Shown here in pieces: positions 26,496 to 62,904 of a stretch of DNA of 64,000 bases. This stretch comes from the human T2T-CHM13v2.0 reference genome, Homo sapiens. The translations under genes were made by a program, and so were the position numbers. The first letter of the stretch is position 1, and each line of letters starts with the position of its first letter. The notes below the pieces were generated by a model that saw nothing but the letters and a program-made list of their open reading frames with translations, did not search any database and was not told where the DNA came from. The stretch is from NCBI RefSeq assembly GCF_009914755.1, contig NC_060925.1; one strand, 5' to 3'.

Positions 26496-29400
26496 AGACC
26501 TGGAGCTCTTTCCTCCTGCTGGAAGTGGGCCTGGCCAGATGGCCCAGGTCGTGTCTGGACTTGGCTCCTGCCTGCCCAGTTATAGCTCCTGTTGGTCCCC
26601 AGGACTAGTTCCCTCCCTCGCTGGGCCGCACCTGAAACCCCAGCTCCTAGGTGGGCACAGCCGCCCACCACCCAGTGCACAGAGCCCAGCGTATGGACCC
26701 TTAGGAACACTGCATCCCGCCTCCTGTGTGATGGGTCCAGGGAGAGAGGGGGAGAGAGCCACAGCTGCAGAGAGGGACCACGAGACTCGGAGACAGAGAG
26801 AGGCAGAGACACAGAGATAAAGGGACACAGAGACTGAGCACTGGAGACAGAGGGGGAGACAGCTGAGAGGGAGACAGAGAGCTTCCGGATCCCTGCCCAG
26901 AGCTGCTTCAGGAGACCAGTGAAGCGGGTGGAGGGTCCTGAAAGCCCACTAGGATTTGCCTGAGTGGATTGGGGTGGAGGAGAGGTGGGGTCCCTGAGCC
27001 CCAACGTTGGGCCCCAGACTGGCCGGCCCTGGGAGGCAGGGGTGGGAGTCCATTCAGAGGCCGGCCTCAGCCCCAGGGCTCTCCCCTCGCCCTGCCTCCC
27101 AGGGGCAAACACAGGGACATTCATGGCTTCCCAGAACGGCCTATGGGGCAGCCAGAGTGGCTTTTAAAATTAGCCTCGCTAACCAGATCTGGTTATTTCA
27201 GGAGGCTCCATCCCCTTGGCAAGGCGGGAGCAGGGAAGAAGGGAGGGACCTCCACATTCCAGGGTCCCTGGCTGAGCACCCCCTGTGGCCTGAGCAGCAG
27301 AGAACGTCCAGCTCCCAGTCCCCTGGCACGGCCGGCCCGGGCCTGCGGTCATCTCCTTGGCAAAGTTGCCCCAGGGTTGGCCATGGAGGTCCAAGAACAC
27401 CCCAGCTGGGGGTGGGTAGGGGAGGACCCCCTTGTATTGGGCACGGGTTCTGTGCCAGCAGCCATCCCAGGTACCTTAGAGGCCAAGACAGCCTCTTCAG
27501 AGCAATAGGTAGGGGCCTTGTCCTCATTCTCCAGGTAAGGAAACAGACTCCTGGAGACAGGAGGCCCCTGCTGTGAGGTAGGGGAGATGGGGGAGGGCAC
27601 GTCTTCCAGGCACCCAGGTCCCTCCACGGGAGGCCTCTTCCCTCCTGTGTCTGGAGGAACCCCCCGGCTGCTGTTTCCACTACCAGAGTAATTTCTAAGC
27701 AGAGTCCAGCGCTTCCCGGAGCCTGGTACCCCCCGCCCAAGTTCTAATTCCAGCCTCGAGTCAGAGTGTCCCGGCTCGCCCTCCCACCTCACAGCCCAGG
27801 GTGAGCACAGAGCTGGCGCGGGCACAAGAGAAATAGCACCGGACACTTTGATCCCAGAGGCCCGATCCGTTGCCAGCCTCCCCTGACCCCACCTCGGAGC
27901 TTGGAGGGATGCGGTAGGGTGAAACCCAGCCCCAAGGCCTTCCTTCCCGCAGACGGCCTGGCACCAGCTGGACAGGGATGGGGCAAAGGCAGGTTCTGCC
28001 CACCAAGCTGCCCACCTGCTCTGCCACAGCAGCCCCTGCTGCTCTGTCTCAGCTGTGGGATAGAGTGGAGTGGGGGTGCATTGCTAAGTACAGGGAGACA
28101 AGCCGGAGACCTCCCCCAGCTCTGTTATGGGAGCATCGTCACCCCAGGTAAACCTGGCAAGCTGAGGCCCAGGGAAGCACCTGACGCCGTCCATTCCCAA
28201 AGCCTCACATCTAGGCACCTGTGCTGGGCCCAGTGGCAGGTGGGCGTCCTCCACGCACTGAGCGGACCCCACGTGTTCTGAATTACGGACGTCATTGATC
28301 CCTTCCTGCGGTATGCACACTCTCTTCTTTGAGCCCACCACGTGCTGGGGCTGCACCCAGAACTTTATGAGGTGTCACCTCATTTAATCCTCATGCCAGG
28401 GTGCCAGCGAGGGCAGGGCTGTTAGCACCCCCACTGCACAGATGAGGAAACTGAGGCCCAGGGAGCCAAAATCATGTCTGCATGGTCATAGCGCGAGGAG
28501 GCGAAGCAGCTCAGAGCTGATTCTGAAGAAGCTCTTAACCGTGGTGCTGAACTGTGATGCCGGCCCTGTGGAGGTGGGGCAGGAGGAGAGAGGGCAGAGG
28601 ACTGCGGCGGAGGGATAGGGAGCAGGGGTGAGGCTGATGGGTGGGCAGTTCACAGGGGACTCACTGGGCCCAGAGCAGCCTAGAGCCAAACCGAGTTGGG
28701 TGGGGCTGGGGTTTGGGTGTGAGTCACCACCCATGGGTGGCCTGAGGCATCAGAGGGTCACAGAAGGGCCCTGTCGGGAAAAGTGTGGCACTCCCTGGAC
28801 AAACCCCTGGGGTTCCTTCAGCATCATCCTGGGAAGGGGGCAGGGCCAGCAGGGGATAGGGGGCACTGCCAAGCTGTCAGGGAGGCCAAGGCACGGCTCA
28901 TCCCTTCGGGGCCCAATTTGGTGCCTACTCCCAAATGTCCCCAAAGCCACCCCGCAGACCTGCTCTCCTCCGTGGTCCTGCCCCAGAGGGAGAGTCCCCT
29001 CATTCACCCAACACCCAGCCTGTACCCCCGGGAGCCACCCGATTCCCCCCTTAGCCCCACAGCCCATCAGGCGCTTGGTCCCCCTGCTCAGGCCCACCTG
29101 GTGTCCTTCTCAGCGTCCTCCTGGCCACCCTCTTACCCCAGCAACAACCTCGTTGGTCCCCTCCTCCCTCCACTGGTGCAGCCTCCACCAGCAACTACCG
29201 CTCCTGCCTGGGGCTCCCCCTGCCCTTGGCGCAGAGCCCTGGCCTCTCCGTCGGGAGTTCAAGGCCACATTGCCTCTGGCCTCATCCCTGCCCATCTCCC
29301 TGTCCCCTCCATTGTCACCTTCCCACCATTCAGAGCTGGCTGCCACCTTCCTGGTTCCAGGGGTGCTCTGCCTCCCCGCCCTTTACTCGAGGCCCCCTCC

Positions 29401-30129
29401 TGCAGGGTCCCTCCTCCCTAGGCCTTCTCAGGAACGGGGAGCAACTCCAGGAACTTTCCCTGACGCCTCTCTCCCCAGGCCCTGCTTGTGCACACCTCTC
29501 CTGTCCCCGGCTGCCCCTCATCACCCTTCGTCCTACTGTCCCAGCTGCGAGATCCTGGTAGAGGGACTTGGACTCATCCCCGTCTCCTGGGTCCCCATCG
29601 GGTCCCGTAAGTGGTCCCTTGGCGCCGCCTTGTGGCCATATCAGGGGATTCACTGAATATGAGAACAGGGAGAAGGAAGTAATTAATTGAGCACCTAATG
29701 TGTGCCAGACACTGTGCTGTATGTTTGATACGCACCAGCTCATTGAATCCTCACAACAAACCCTTGGGAGAAACACTACCACTCCTATTTTACAAAAGGA
29801 AACACTGAGGCTCACGGAAGCTAGTAAGTTTCTCAACGCCACCCACCCAGCTAACAAGAGACGGTCCCAGGACTCAAACCTAGGTCTGCCTGACAGCACA
29901 GCCATGTTCTTCCTGCAGTGGGGAAGGGGCCCAGGATGCAGGGAAGGACAGCACCCCGGGGAGGAAACCACGGGCGGTGCTCACAGAGCTGGTGGCTTGG
30001 CTTTGGAGGTGTCCCCAGGCCCAGCAGCTCTGATGGGGACAGGCTTGCTCCCTGCCACCTTGACATCCCTGGACATCTGTCTGGGGTCAATCTGGCCACG
30101 GTTCACACAAAGCCAGGCCCAACTCTGGG

Positions 30130-31173
30130 TACAATAGCGATAAATAGAATTTATTTTATACAACTGTTACCGACATCCACACGGCCACAGGGGCTTCCAA
30201 AATGGGTATTGGGGCCAGGAGGCTGGCCTTTGGCGTGACGCCTAAAAAGTGTGACCAGACACACAAGGGCTCCCAGCAGCTGTGCCGGGCTGCCCCCTCC
30301 ATGGCGGTCGGGGGAGGCAAGGCCTGGACTCTCGGCCAGCTGAGACTCTTGGCCTGGAGGGCCCAGCATGGGATGGCAGGGGTTAAGCTGGGTGCTGGCT
30401 GAGGAGCCAGGTAGGTCCCCATCCCCCATGAGGGGGTTACTTGTCTGTCATGTGTAGGCAGTGGACAGGGCATCGGCAGACCTGTGGCAGAACTGGAGGG
30501 TCCAGGAGGCATACTGGGCACAGCCGGCTCCCTGCCCCTCAGCCCACCTGGGGCTCCAGGGACCTCAAGAAGCAGGGTAGGGTGATAGGAGGTCCCTGGG
30601 AAGAAAATCCTACCTTCTAAGGCAGGTGCATGTAATCACAGTCTTCAGTGACCTCTGAAATAATCTTGTCCATTTGTAGCAGACATGCCCAGAGAGGGAG
30701 AGTGACTTGCCCAGAGTCACACAGCAGAACCCAAATTGGAAACCAGGACCCGGCTCCCAACCCAGTGCTCACTCCCCCACATATCACATCCTCCTTGTGC
30801 TGCCTCCAGGGGCTAAGCTCTCCACACGGAGCTGTCTCAAACTCTCTCTCCCACCTTGTTCCCTCTGAGTCCAGAGGGATGCTCAGGGGTGATGGAGGCC
30901 CAGGGAGGGGGCAAGCCAGACCCCCAGTCCTGCTTCCACTGAGCAATCCCTGCCCCAGCCCAGACCCCCAGGCTGGGGGTGGGGACGATGCCAGCAGCTT
31001 CCCTGATCCCAGGTCTGGACGGCTCTGCCCTGCAGAGACAGCCCAGATGGGTGGGCCATGGGGAGGGTGGGGAGGCAGGGGGCAGCCCACGGGCTGGTGT
31101 TGGTCTTCAGGGCAGAGGTCTCGTCTGCCTGGGCTTGACACGGCACCTTCCCCTTGTGCTTCTGTGGCCTCAT
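30130..31173 (-). other. RAP1GAP: RAP1GAP last exon (3' UTR)
   Basis: ccctgcag|ATGAGG acceptor; extends to the AATAAA at 30150-30155; 3' end approximate. Confidence 0.85.
30150..30155 (-). terminator. RAP1GAP: RAP1GAP polyadenylation signal AATAAA
   Basis: TTTATT on + within an AT-rich island of GC-rich sequence; TGTA upstream and a GU-rich stretch downstream on the minus strand. Confidence 0.85.
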
Positions 31174-31594
31174 CTGCAGGGCAAAGGGGGATGGAGACAC
31201 CATGAAACATGGCATGGTGGGTGGCTGGCACCAGTGTGCCCCAACTCTGCCAAGTCCCTGCCTCAGAGAACCCCACCCTGGGAGGGGCCCACCCTTGGAA
31301 TTCCAGGCTCCAGGTCTTTCCATCCCATTGGGAACCCCTGAAACTTCTCCCCACCTGGCAACTGCCAAGTCCCTTTCACACTCCCATCAAATCCTCCAAC
31401 AATGCAAGGGCAGAGGTCACGGGGAAGGGCCGTGGCCTGCCCAAGTCACCCAGCAACTGAGGACCAGGGGGCTCAAACCCAGATACATAGCTCCCACCCC
31501 AGAGAGGTGACAGAAGAACAGGGAGGAATCAGCTCAGCCCTCTACACACCCCCACCCTCTCCCACCAAACACAAGCTGAGGGGCTGGGTCTAAC

Positions 31595-31628
31595 CTGCTC
31601 AGTTTCACCTTCAGAGGGGGTGGCCCGG

Positions 31629-31637
<9 letters not shown>
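31595..31637 (-). CDS. RAP1GAP: RAP1GAP penultimate exon (GC-stop, then 34 nt of UTR)
   Basis: ctgcag|GGCTGTTAG ... GAGCAG|gttaga; 43 nt; TAG at 31629-31631. Confidence 0.9.
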
Positions 31638-53930
<22,293 letters not shown>

Positions 53931-56179
53931 CTCAAATAGATCTGTGTTCTGCAACAGAGACAGGGGAGAGCGAGGTCAGCTGATCCCGCCAAGCCCCAGA
54001 GGAGTCTCCACCCGCCCCGGCCCTCCGGGTCCCACCAGCTCTGATCAGTGACCGAGGCACCTGTCTGAGTAGCAAGCGGGAGTGACGGGAGCATCGTGGG
54101 AGGGGGTTCTGTGTGGGAGAACCACAGGGTCTGGCCGATTGCCAAGTGAGGTGAACCCAGAGCCTAGGGCCCAGGGCCAGAGCCACCCACCCACTCAGTC
54201 CTGCTCCCTGACGGGCTGCTACCCTTGGGGAGGGACAGATCGTCCCCAAGTCCCAGCTGCAGAGATGAGCCCATCCTGGATCCCCAGGAGGGGTCTATGC
54301 TTCTCCCCACCTCTCCCGGAAGGGGGCAAGGCTCAGTCAACCAGGCTCAGGCCACAGCCCACTGCTCAGACAGCCCACCCCTCTCCAAGGGGAGTGAGCT
54401 GGGGGTGCTTCAGGGAAGAGGACACTGGGATGCCCAGCGGCCCAGCACCTGTGCATGAGCCACCTGAACCCTCGCACACTCGAGCTACCCTCTCCCGGGT
54501 GAGCCAGGGCACACGCAGAGTTAATCCGGTGTCTGCCAGCTGCGCTTGGCAGCCCCGGCCTCTCCAGCGCCAACTCCCTGCGAGCCTTCCTGGAAGGCGG
54601 CATCCCTGCCGGCTGGCCCGGCTGGGGGCTGGGCCTGGGAAGCCCCCAGAGCCTCCAGGATGGTGACCCTCCCCCTGCCCCTCCAAGGCTCAGCTCAGGC
54701 GGCTCCTGCTGACACATGTGCTATGGAGTTGTACACCAGGAAGCACGCACACTCTCTCTCTCTCTCTCTCTCCATCTTTCTCCCTCCCCTCCTGCTCACA
54801 CACACAGAAGCCTGCACACCAATATTTAAAGTCCCACTGCACCACGTATATGTTTCGTGTACCAAGAAAACAACACACACAAACACATATGATGGGGACT
54901 GTGCACAGTGATTCTTAGAGCTATATACTAACACACAAATATACACATTGGCGTTCTGAGTTACACAGGAGCACACCCACTCAAACACATGCAGGTCCAA
55001 GTACCAGGAGAGATACACACACAAATGCAAACCCACACCTGTGCAGGTCTGCACACCAGTAACTGCACACAAAGCTATGGTAACACCACAAACCACTCTC
55101 GTGTGAGAACAAGAGGCATGACAACACGCAGCCACAGAGGCGGGCAGGTGTGTCCAGGGAGACCCAGATGCAGCCCCACTCATGGCTACAAGCCCTGCCT
55201 GCCCCGGCAGGGTCACATAACAACAGTAAATGAGACTCAAAAGGTATCCAGCAACTGCAGGGGTAGCTAATCCCCAAGGATGAGGGCCACGGTCTAAACC
55301 TCGCACAGCCCTCACCCGCACACACACACAGAGCTCTGGGAAGGGTCACAAGCCCATATAAATGTGCACACTGTGAGGCCTGCCCATAGAGGCAAGGCCC
55401 ACCTTGTAAAACCCACCACAGGAGTCCATAGGACACCTTGACCCATGGTCACCTATGGTCACACCCAACACCTCTGCATTTGAAAGAGACAATTCCGCAG
55501 GCAGTTACTGCAGAAACCACAGACACACACCTGAAGTCCAGGCAGACAAACATGCCTGTCAACACAACACACTGTATGACAGCAACTTTGGCTTCTGTGC
55601 CCAGGTCAGCCACACAACCTCAGCTGGGCATGACCCCAAAGAGTCACACTGATGATGGGTGCATTAATGTCCCCCATTAAGACACCCCACTCAGGGTGAC
55701 CAAACGTAGCCAGGAACACTCTAATACACCTTGTTGCATTGGGAATCAGTCACATAAACACTGACACATGGTCCTGTCACCCAGAGTGTACACACAGCAA
55801 CAAGCAACACCCACAGCTACAGCCTCAGAGGGAGCAGCAGACGCCCTGACACACGCGAGGGCTCTGAGAGATGGGGTCCAGATGGGGGGTGCCCCACATG
55901 AAAGCACCACCACAAAGTGGCCCTGGAGCATTCAGAGCCCCCCAAACGGGGCAGGGGCAGGGTAAAGTGGTCCCGACGGTAGCACGCACCCACACACACC
56001 CTGCCGCTGCAGCCCAGAGCCACAGTGCCACCCGGGAGGCCACAGCAAGAGCCCCAGGGTCCGGGACCCCAGGGTAGGGGTGCGCCCCGTGGCCAGTGTC
56101 AGCCCAGAAGCTCACACGCCCACCATGACGGAGCCTTGTCCGCCCGCCCTGGCTGGGGCAGAGCCGGCCGGGCTCCCCA

Positions 56180-56660
56180 GCAGTCGGGGTGACCCAGCCC
56201 CGGGGTCCCTCCGCCATGCCGCCCCGCCCGGGTCCTCACCTGCCAGCTGGCCCCCGCGGGCAGCGAGCCCCTCCGCGGACGGCCGGGTGGCACCGCGGGC
56301 CGCAGCTGTGCCATCCTGAGCGCGGCCCGGCCCGGCCCCCGCCGGAGCGGCACTTCAGCTGGCCCAGCCGGCTCCTGGCCCGCGCGCGCCCGGGTCCGGG
56401 CCCCGCAGCGCTGAGCTCCGCGCTCCCGGCTCCCGGCGGCGGCGCTGCCTGCGATGGGCTCGCCCCACGGCGGGGCCCGGAGGGGGCGGGGCGCCAGGTA
56501 CGGGCGGCACGGCGCGGGGCGGGGCGGGGCGGGGGCGCTGAAGCCACGCCCCCCGGGCGGCCCGGCCCGCGGCCCCGGGACACCGCGCCTGCGCGTTCCG
56601 GCCCGAGCGCTAGAAGCTTTGGGTGCGTCGGGCTCCCCGAGGGGGCCCCCCACTCGGTTC
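56180..56660 (-). promoter_or_regulatory. RAP1GAP: CpG island / internal TATA-less promoter of RAP1GAP
   Basis: Very CpG-dense; tandem GC boxes GGGGCGGGGCGGGGCGGGGGCG at about 56516-56538; surrounds the Rap1GAPII ATG. Confidence 0.88.
56240..56314 (-). CDS. RAP1GAP: Alternative first coding exon of Rap1GAPII (MAQLRPAVPPGRPRRGSLPAGASWQ)
   Basis: Strong Kozak caggATGG; donor CAG|gtgagg; phase 0 into NTDLFEMIEKMQ gives the known 31-aa extension that completes the GoLoco motif. Confidence 0.92.
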
Positions 56661-59600
56661 TCCCCAGCGCGCCCCCACCTCACTTTCTCCATCTTCCCAG
56701 GCTCTGGGTACCCCGCCTCGGCATCAAGGACAGGGTTGGGTTACCTTGCAGACAGAGGGCTTTTCTTGAGCACCTACTTAATGCTGGGCCCTTCGCATGT
56801 GTCGTAATCTCGTCACAGCCCAGGAGGTACAAATGTCATCTCCATTATACAGATGAGAAGCCGGTTCCAAGAGGTGAAATAGCTTGCCCGAGACCACACA
56901 GTCAGGAAGAAGTCAAAGTGGAATCCAGAGAAAGGCCTGGTGCTACTCTTTGGGGTCTGTCCCTTTTCCTCCTCCTCTCCTCCATCCTGCTTCCCATGCC
57001 TCACAGTGGCTGGCCTGCTCCGTCCCTTCCCCCGCCCTAGCTGCCCCAGATCCTGGGGGAGATGGCCACAGCACCTAGGGAGGGGCTGCCAGGCCCGTGG
57101 TATGGAGGAAAGGACCCAAGTAGATTTTGGGACATGTGGATTCTAGCTACAACTTGCTGAGTGGCCTTGAGTGAGTCCCTGCCTCCTCTCTGGACCTCAG
57201 TTTCCCCATCTTTAAAATATAAGGACTCTGTAGGCCCTTCCAGCTGGCTCTGCAGTGTGTCCCTGGCCTGGTATAGCCACTGTACAGCAGGGACAGGGAC
57301 AGGGCCTTGCTACCACTTCCTCCAGACAGATGTTGGGAACACAGCAAATGCTTCCTGAACTGTGGCCAAGCAGACACAGCTGCTTTGGATGTTGCGGGGG
57401 CAGGGCTGCCCACCAGCTCAGAGCCATACCTCTGTTCAGCTTCCTGAAAGAGCTGCCAGTGGCTGCCCACCACCCTCCAGCCCCAGAACTAAGGGCTCCT
57501 GGAAGGAAAGCACTGTGCCCTCCCTTTCCCCCTAGACCTGGCCTTGAATCAGGTTTGGGCCTGGAGAGCCAGCAGGAACTCTGGAGATGGGTGTTCCAGA
57601 CACGGTGTAGCTTTGGTTTTAATAATTAACAACAGCAAATATTGATTTATGCAGCCACTTCCAGGCCTGAATGCTTCCGGGCACCCATCGAAATCCAGCC
57701 AGAGAAACATCCATTCCCACACTGCCCCCGGGGGAGGCGAGACCTGCTCACAGCACTGGAGATGGCTGTGTGCCAGGTGGCATGGAAGGTGTGTGCACAT
57801 ATGCGTGCAGCCATGTGTGCGTGTGTGTGAGACTCCACGACCGGATGTGGCTGTATGTATGTGGGCATACTGTCTTTCTGTGTGTATGGGAATGCCTTGG
57901 TATGGGAATTTGTGTTTGTACATGTGTATCTCATGCATGTGCAAGTCTCTGAATATATTTACAGACCAGTGGCTGTGGCTGTGTGTTTTGTGTCTGTGAC
58001 TCTGTCCCCATATGTAGGTGTGGGTAGGCTGTGTATGTACGTGTGTGCAGGTTTCTGAATCCCCGAGTGGAGAAACCCCTGTAGGGAGGAGGGAAGGAGG
58101 GTCCTGGGTAGCTCGATGCCTGTACAAATGTGGGGCCTGAAGGGAGGAGAATGTCCCTTCTGGGTGCCCTGTCCAGCCCTGGGAATGTAATGACGCTGAT
58201 AAGAGCTCAGCTTCCTAATTTCTACTTTCCAAAGTTCTTTCACCCAATTGCAAGCTGGCAAGGCAGGTAGAGAAGAAACTGTCACCTCTGTTTTACAGAT
58301 GAGGAACCTGAGGCCCAGAGACGGGCAGGGATTTGCCCACTGGCAGAGGAAGGTCACCTGCCCTTCAGATGGATGCCATCCATGTTATAAATGTGCACAG
58401 AGCTAGGGGCACCAGGGGAGGGGAATGGAGAATATGTCACAGGCCTGTGTTCCCTCAGCCCAGCACTGGCTTGCTGGAGACCCCAGATGAATCATTCAGT
58501 CTCTCTAGCCCCTGGTTTCCTCTCCTGTCAAAGGAGGATGGTCCACAGACTCTTGATTCTGAGGTGGGGGTGGGCTGTCGGGAAGGGAAGGTTCAGAGCC
58601 CGCTGTCTGAGCTGTGTTGGCACAAACGGAGGCTTCTAGCCAGACTGGGTGGAAGCCAGGAAGCCCGAGGGGAGGCAGCTTTTCAATAATCCGAGAAGGC
58701 CAACCCCAGGCTGTCTAGCACGCAGGGCCCAGGGCTATGGGCTGCTCTCTCTCTCTCGTCTCCTGATGGGAAGACTGAGGCCCAGGGAGGGGAAGCTGTG
58801 GTCCGAGGGCATACAGCCCTTGGTGAGAACCCAGGGCTCCTCCTGAGATGCTCAGGGGAAGAGGGACTGGGAGCTTCATTCATGAACCCAGCTGTCAAGT
58901 GAGGGCTGCCATTGAGTCTCTCCCTTCCTGCCAAGCCCCGGATCCACATGCCCCAGTCTTGGGCTGTTGCCCAGACAGAGAAAACAGGAGTCAGTCTCAG
59001 GAATCTCCTGCTGCTGCTCCCAGCAGCCCCACGTGGGACCCCCATGAAGGTGGTGGCCCCACATATGGACACCATTCCTTGGCCATCTGCCCTCCCAGCC
59101 TAGGCAAGGTACGTGGCCTTTATTCCAGGCCAGAGCTCTCAGGGAGGAGCCTGGTGGATTTTGCCTCTGCTATTTTCTGGCTGTGTGACCTTGGGAAGAC
59201 CACTTTACTTCTCTGATCTCCTGCATCCTCAACTAGATAATGCCTACTACCCAAGGTTTACTAAAAGGACCAGGTGGCATGATGTCTGTGGGTGTGCTTT
59301 AGAAACTGCAAAAAGTACTGCAAAAGTGAGAGCTTGTCACCCCTGCATCAGAGAGGCCCTAACACCAGGCCCTCTGGTCAGACAGCTTGCATCCGGTCGT
59401 GGCCCCACCACATCCAACCTGAGTGACTTTGGGCAAGTGACTGAACCTCTCTGAGCCTCAATTTTCTCATCTGCAAAATGGGACTGATTATAGTAGCTAT
59501 CACATAGTCCAAGGATGAGATGAAATACTGCAAATAAAGCATTAAGTACTCTCTTAGTACACAGTAAGTCTCAATAAATATTAGAGGTTATTTCTGCTAT

Positions 59601-60202
59601 TTGATGTCCTGCATACATTGTTCAGTTATCTATTGCTTTACTGGACTGTGGCTCCTTGAGAGCAGGATCTGTATCAGATTGGTTTCTGGTCGCTTGGCAC
59701 CCAGCACAAGGCTTGGCATGAAGCAGGTACTGGGCAAACGTTTGATTTTAACGATAATGATAGAGGCTCGTTGACAGGGCTCTTGCTCTGTGCCGGATGC
59801 TGTGCCTGGGCCGCCCTGTCTGTACTTTGCAGCAATCTTCACAATGACCCTGTGAAGTGGGTCCTCTCATTGCACCTGGTTTACAGATAAGGAGACTGAT
59901 GGTGACGTTGATTGTGGAGATGATGAAGATAGCTGGGGGGCTGGTTTATTCCCAGCTGTTTTGCTTAGATTCGCCCTAAGCCCCTCCCTGCCACAGTCTA
60001 CAGACCTAGGTTCAACGTTTGTGACTGCACCAGCCTCACCCCGGGCTCAGGAGTGGCAACCCCTTAGGAGCTAAACCCCATCAGCATCTGCCTGAACATT
60101 TTACCTTTGCCCAAAAGTCATTCTTGGGCCTTTCCCAGCCCTGGGCATGTGTCGGAGGTAGGGGGCAGACCAGGGGCCGTAGGTATGGAGGGGGACACTT
60201 AC

Positions 60203-60296
60203 CTTAGGGTAGAGTGAAGGAGTATAGGAGGGAACTAAGTTCACTCGTGACAGGTCTAGTGCCTGAGGGAAGTGCTGGTTCTGCCCATCACTCCTC
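60203..60296 (-). CDS. RAP1GAP: RAP1GAP upstream exon (94 nt): 5' UTR in the 663-aa isoform, coding (RSDGQNQHFPQALDLSRVNLVPSYTPSLYPK) in N-terminally extended isoforms
   Basis: ttccag|GAGGAG ... CCTAAG|gtaagt; in frame with the NTDLFE exon; upstream exons lie beyond the window end. Confidence 0.9.
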
Positions 60297-61304
60297 CTGG
60301 AAGAGAAAGAGTCTGAGGTCAGGGAGAGCCCCAAGCCAGGAAATTTGGGAACTCTGGGAGAGTCACTCTCAGAGCTGGGGGATGTGAGGGAGGATAGACT
60401 TCACGGAGGAGAGGGTCATGGGTTCCCCAAGAGGAGGGAGAGGAGGGGCTTCACTAGCAGGGCTGCCACACAGGCTTCTCCTTCCCCGGAGATCAGAGAC
60501 GTGGACAGGGTCTCTCCCCAAGCTCTCCATTAGGCCTCCAGCCGAGCAGTGGCCTACTCTGAAGATGAGTAGACTGAGGCAGGGGCACTGAGGGTTGCTG
60601 TGGAGGGTGAGCTTTCTGGACTAAGCAGGGTGCCCCCGCCTCTACAATGGACCCCTCCCTGAGCCTCTGGGAGTAGCCGCCTTGGCATTGAGGGGCTACC
60701 AGGGCTACCACTATTACGAATGACAGTGACCGTGACCATAACTGACGCTCATTGGGCCTACCACATGCCAGGCCCTGTGCTGAGCCCTCGTTCTAGGCCC
60801 GAGGGCATGGCCTCCTCACCACACTGGTATTCCCACTTTACAGACAGGACCCAGCTGTGCACAGAGGTCACACGGCTGGCCGGCAGCAAAGCTAGCATCT
60901 GCATGAGACCTGCCTGAGTCTAAGCCCGGACTCTCTGCCCACACCACACCCTTCCCTGAGGAAAGAAAGCAGGTCTGGCGAGGGTGAAGTCAGCTCCTAT
61001 CACCCTAAAAAGCCTGCCGAGGCCACCTCTGGGGCAGGGAGAGGAAATGCCCAGTGGTTCCCGGGATCCTGGGGCTGGGCAAGCAGGCCTGGCTTCCGCT
61101 GCTGCCTAGGGCCACCCTGACGTGGCTGCACCTCTGCTCAGGTCCCATCAAGAGAGGCTGGTCCCTCGAGGGTGACTCAGATGATCGCTGGTGGCCTACA
61201 GCAGGCTTGAGTCAGGCAGAGCCGGGGCTGCCACACCCCAAGAGGGGAAGGACCCGAAAAAGTCTGGCCCAGGAAGAAGACTGAGAAAGCTGTGAGCCTC
61301 CCTT

Positions 61305-61612
61305 CTTCTTTTTTTTTTTTTTTTTTTTTTTATGACAGAGTTTCGCTCTTATTCCCCAGGCTGGCGTGCAAATGGCTTGATCTCGGCTCACTGCAACCTC
61401 TGTCTCCCGAGTTCGAGCGATTCTCCTGCCTCAGCCTCCTGAATAGCTAGGATTGCAGGCATGCGCCACCATGCCTGGCTAATTTTGTATTTTTAGTAGA
61501 GACGGGGTTTCTCCATGTTGGTCAGGCTGGTCTCGAACTCCCGACCTCAGGTGATCTGCCCGCCTCAGCCTCCCAAAGTGCTGAGATTATAGGTGTGAGC
61601 CACTGCGCCCAG
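61305..61612 (-). mobile_element. AluSp-like, antisense
   Basis: Reverse Alu; TSD tgagcctcccttct. Confidence 0.95.
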
Positions 61613-62040
61613 TCTGAGCCTCCCTTCTAATTCCACTCAGCCCAGCTACTCCAGCAGGAGAAATGGCCCGGAGGAACCATCCACAGCCCCACTTATGCAC
61701 TGGAGGCCTCTCCACCTCCCAGGAGTGATGGCATCTTACAAGAGGGGTCTGCGCTGGGCAATGCTTGACCCAAAAGGACAGATATGGTGGCAGTGGCATT
61801 TCAAGCCTGTGGCATCAGTGTGGGGGAGATAGTCTCAGACACTGACTGGCTAGGTGAGCTTGGGTTAGTGACACAGCCTCTCTCAGCCTCAGTTTCCAAA
61901 AACATTCATCGCAGAGCCTGGGCAGCTCATGGGAATTCACTCAATGAAAACTTTCACATCATTTGTTCATGGTAAACTCTGGCTCCCCAAGTTTCACTAT
62001 TTGTTGAATGACTGAATGAATGAATGAAGGTTGGGAGTCA

Positions 62041-62904
<864 letters not shown>

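Noticed and set aside
28628-29656. 342-aa proline-rich + strand ORF in the intergenic region
   Set aside because: Non-ATG start, low complexity, no recognisable domain or splice structure; expected by chance in GC-rich DNA.
56099-57040. Long overlapping ORFs (197 and 283 aa) at the CpG island
   Set aside because: Caused by stop-codon depletion in very GC-rich sequence; only 56240-56314 has Kozak, donor and known-protein support.
54720-58050. CA-rich and TG-rich tracts on opposite sides of the CpG promoter as a long-range stem
   Set aside because: Low-complexity similarity only; I found no extended exact complementarity.
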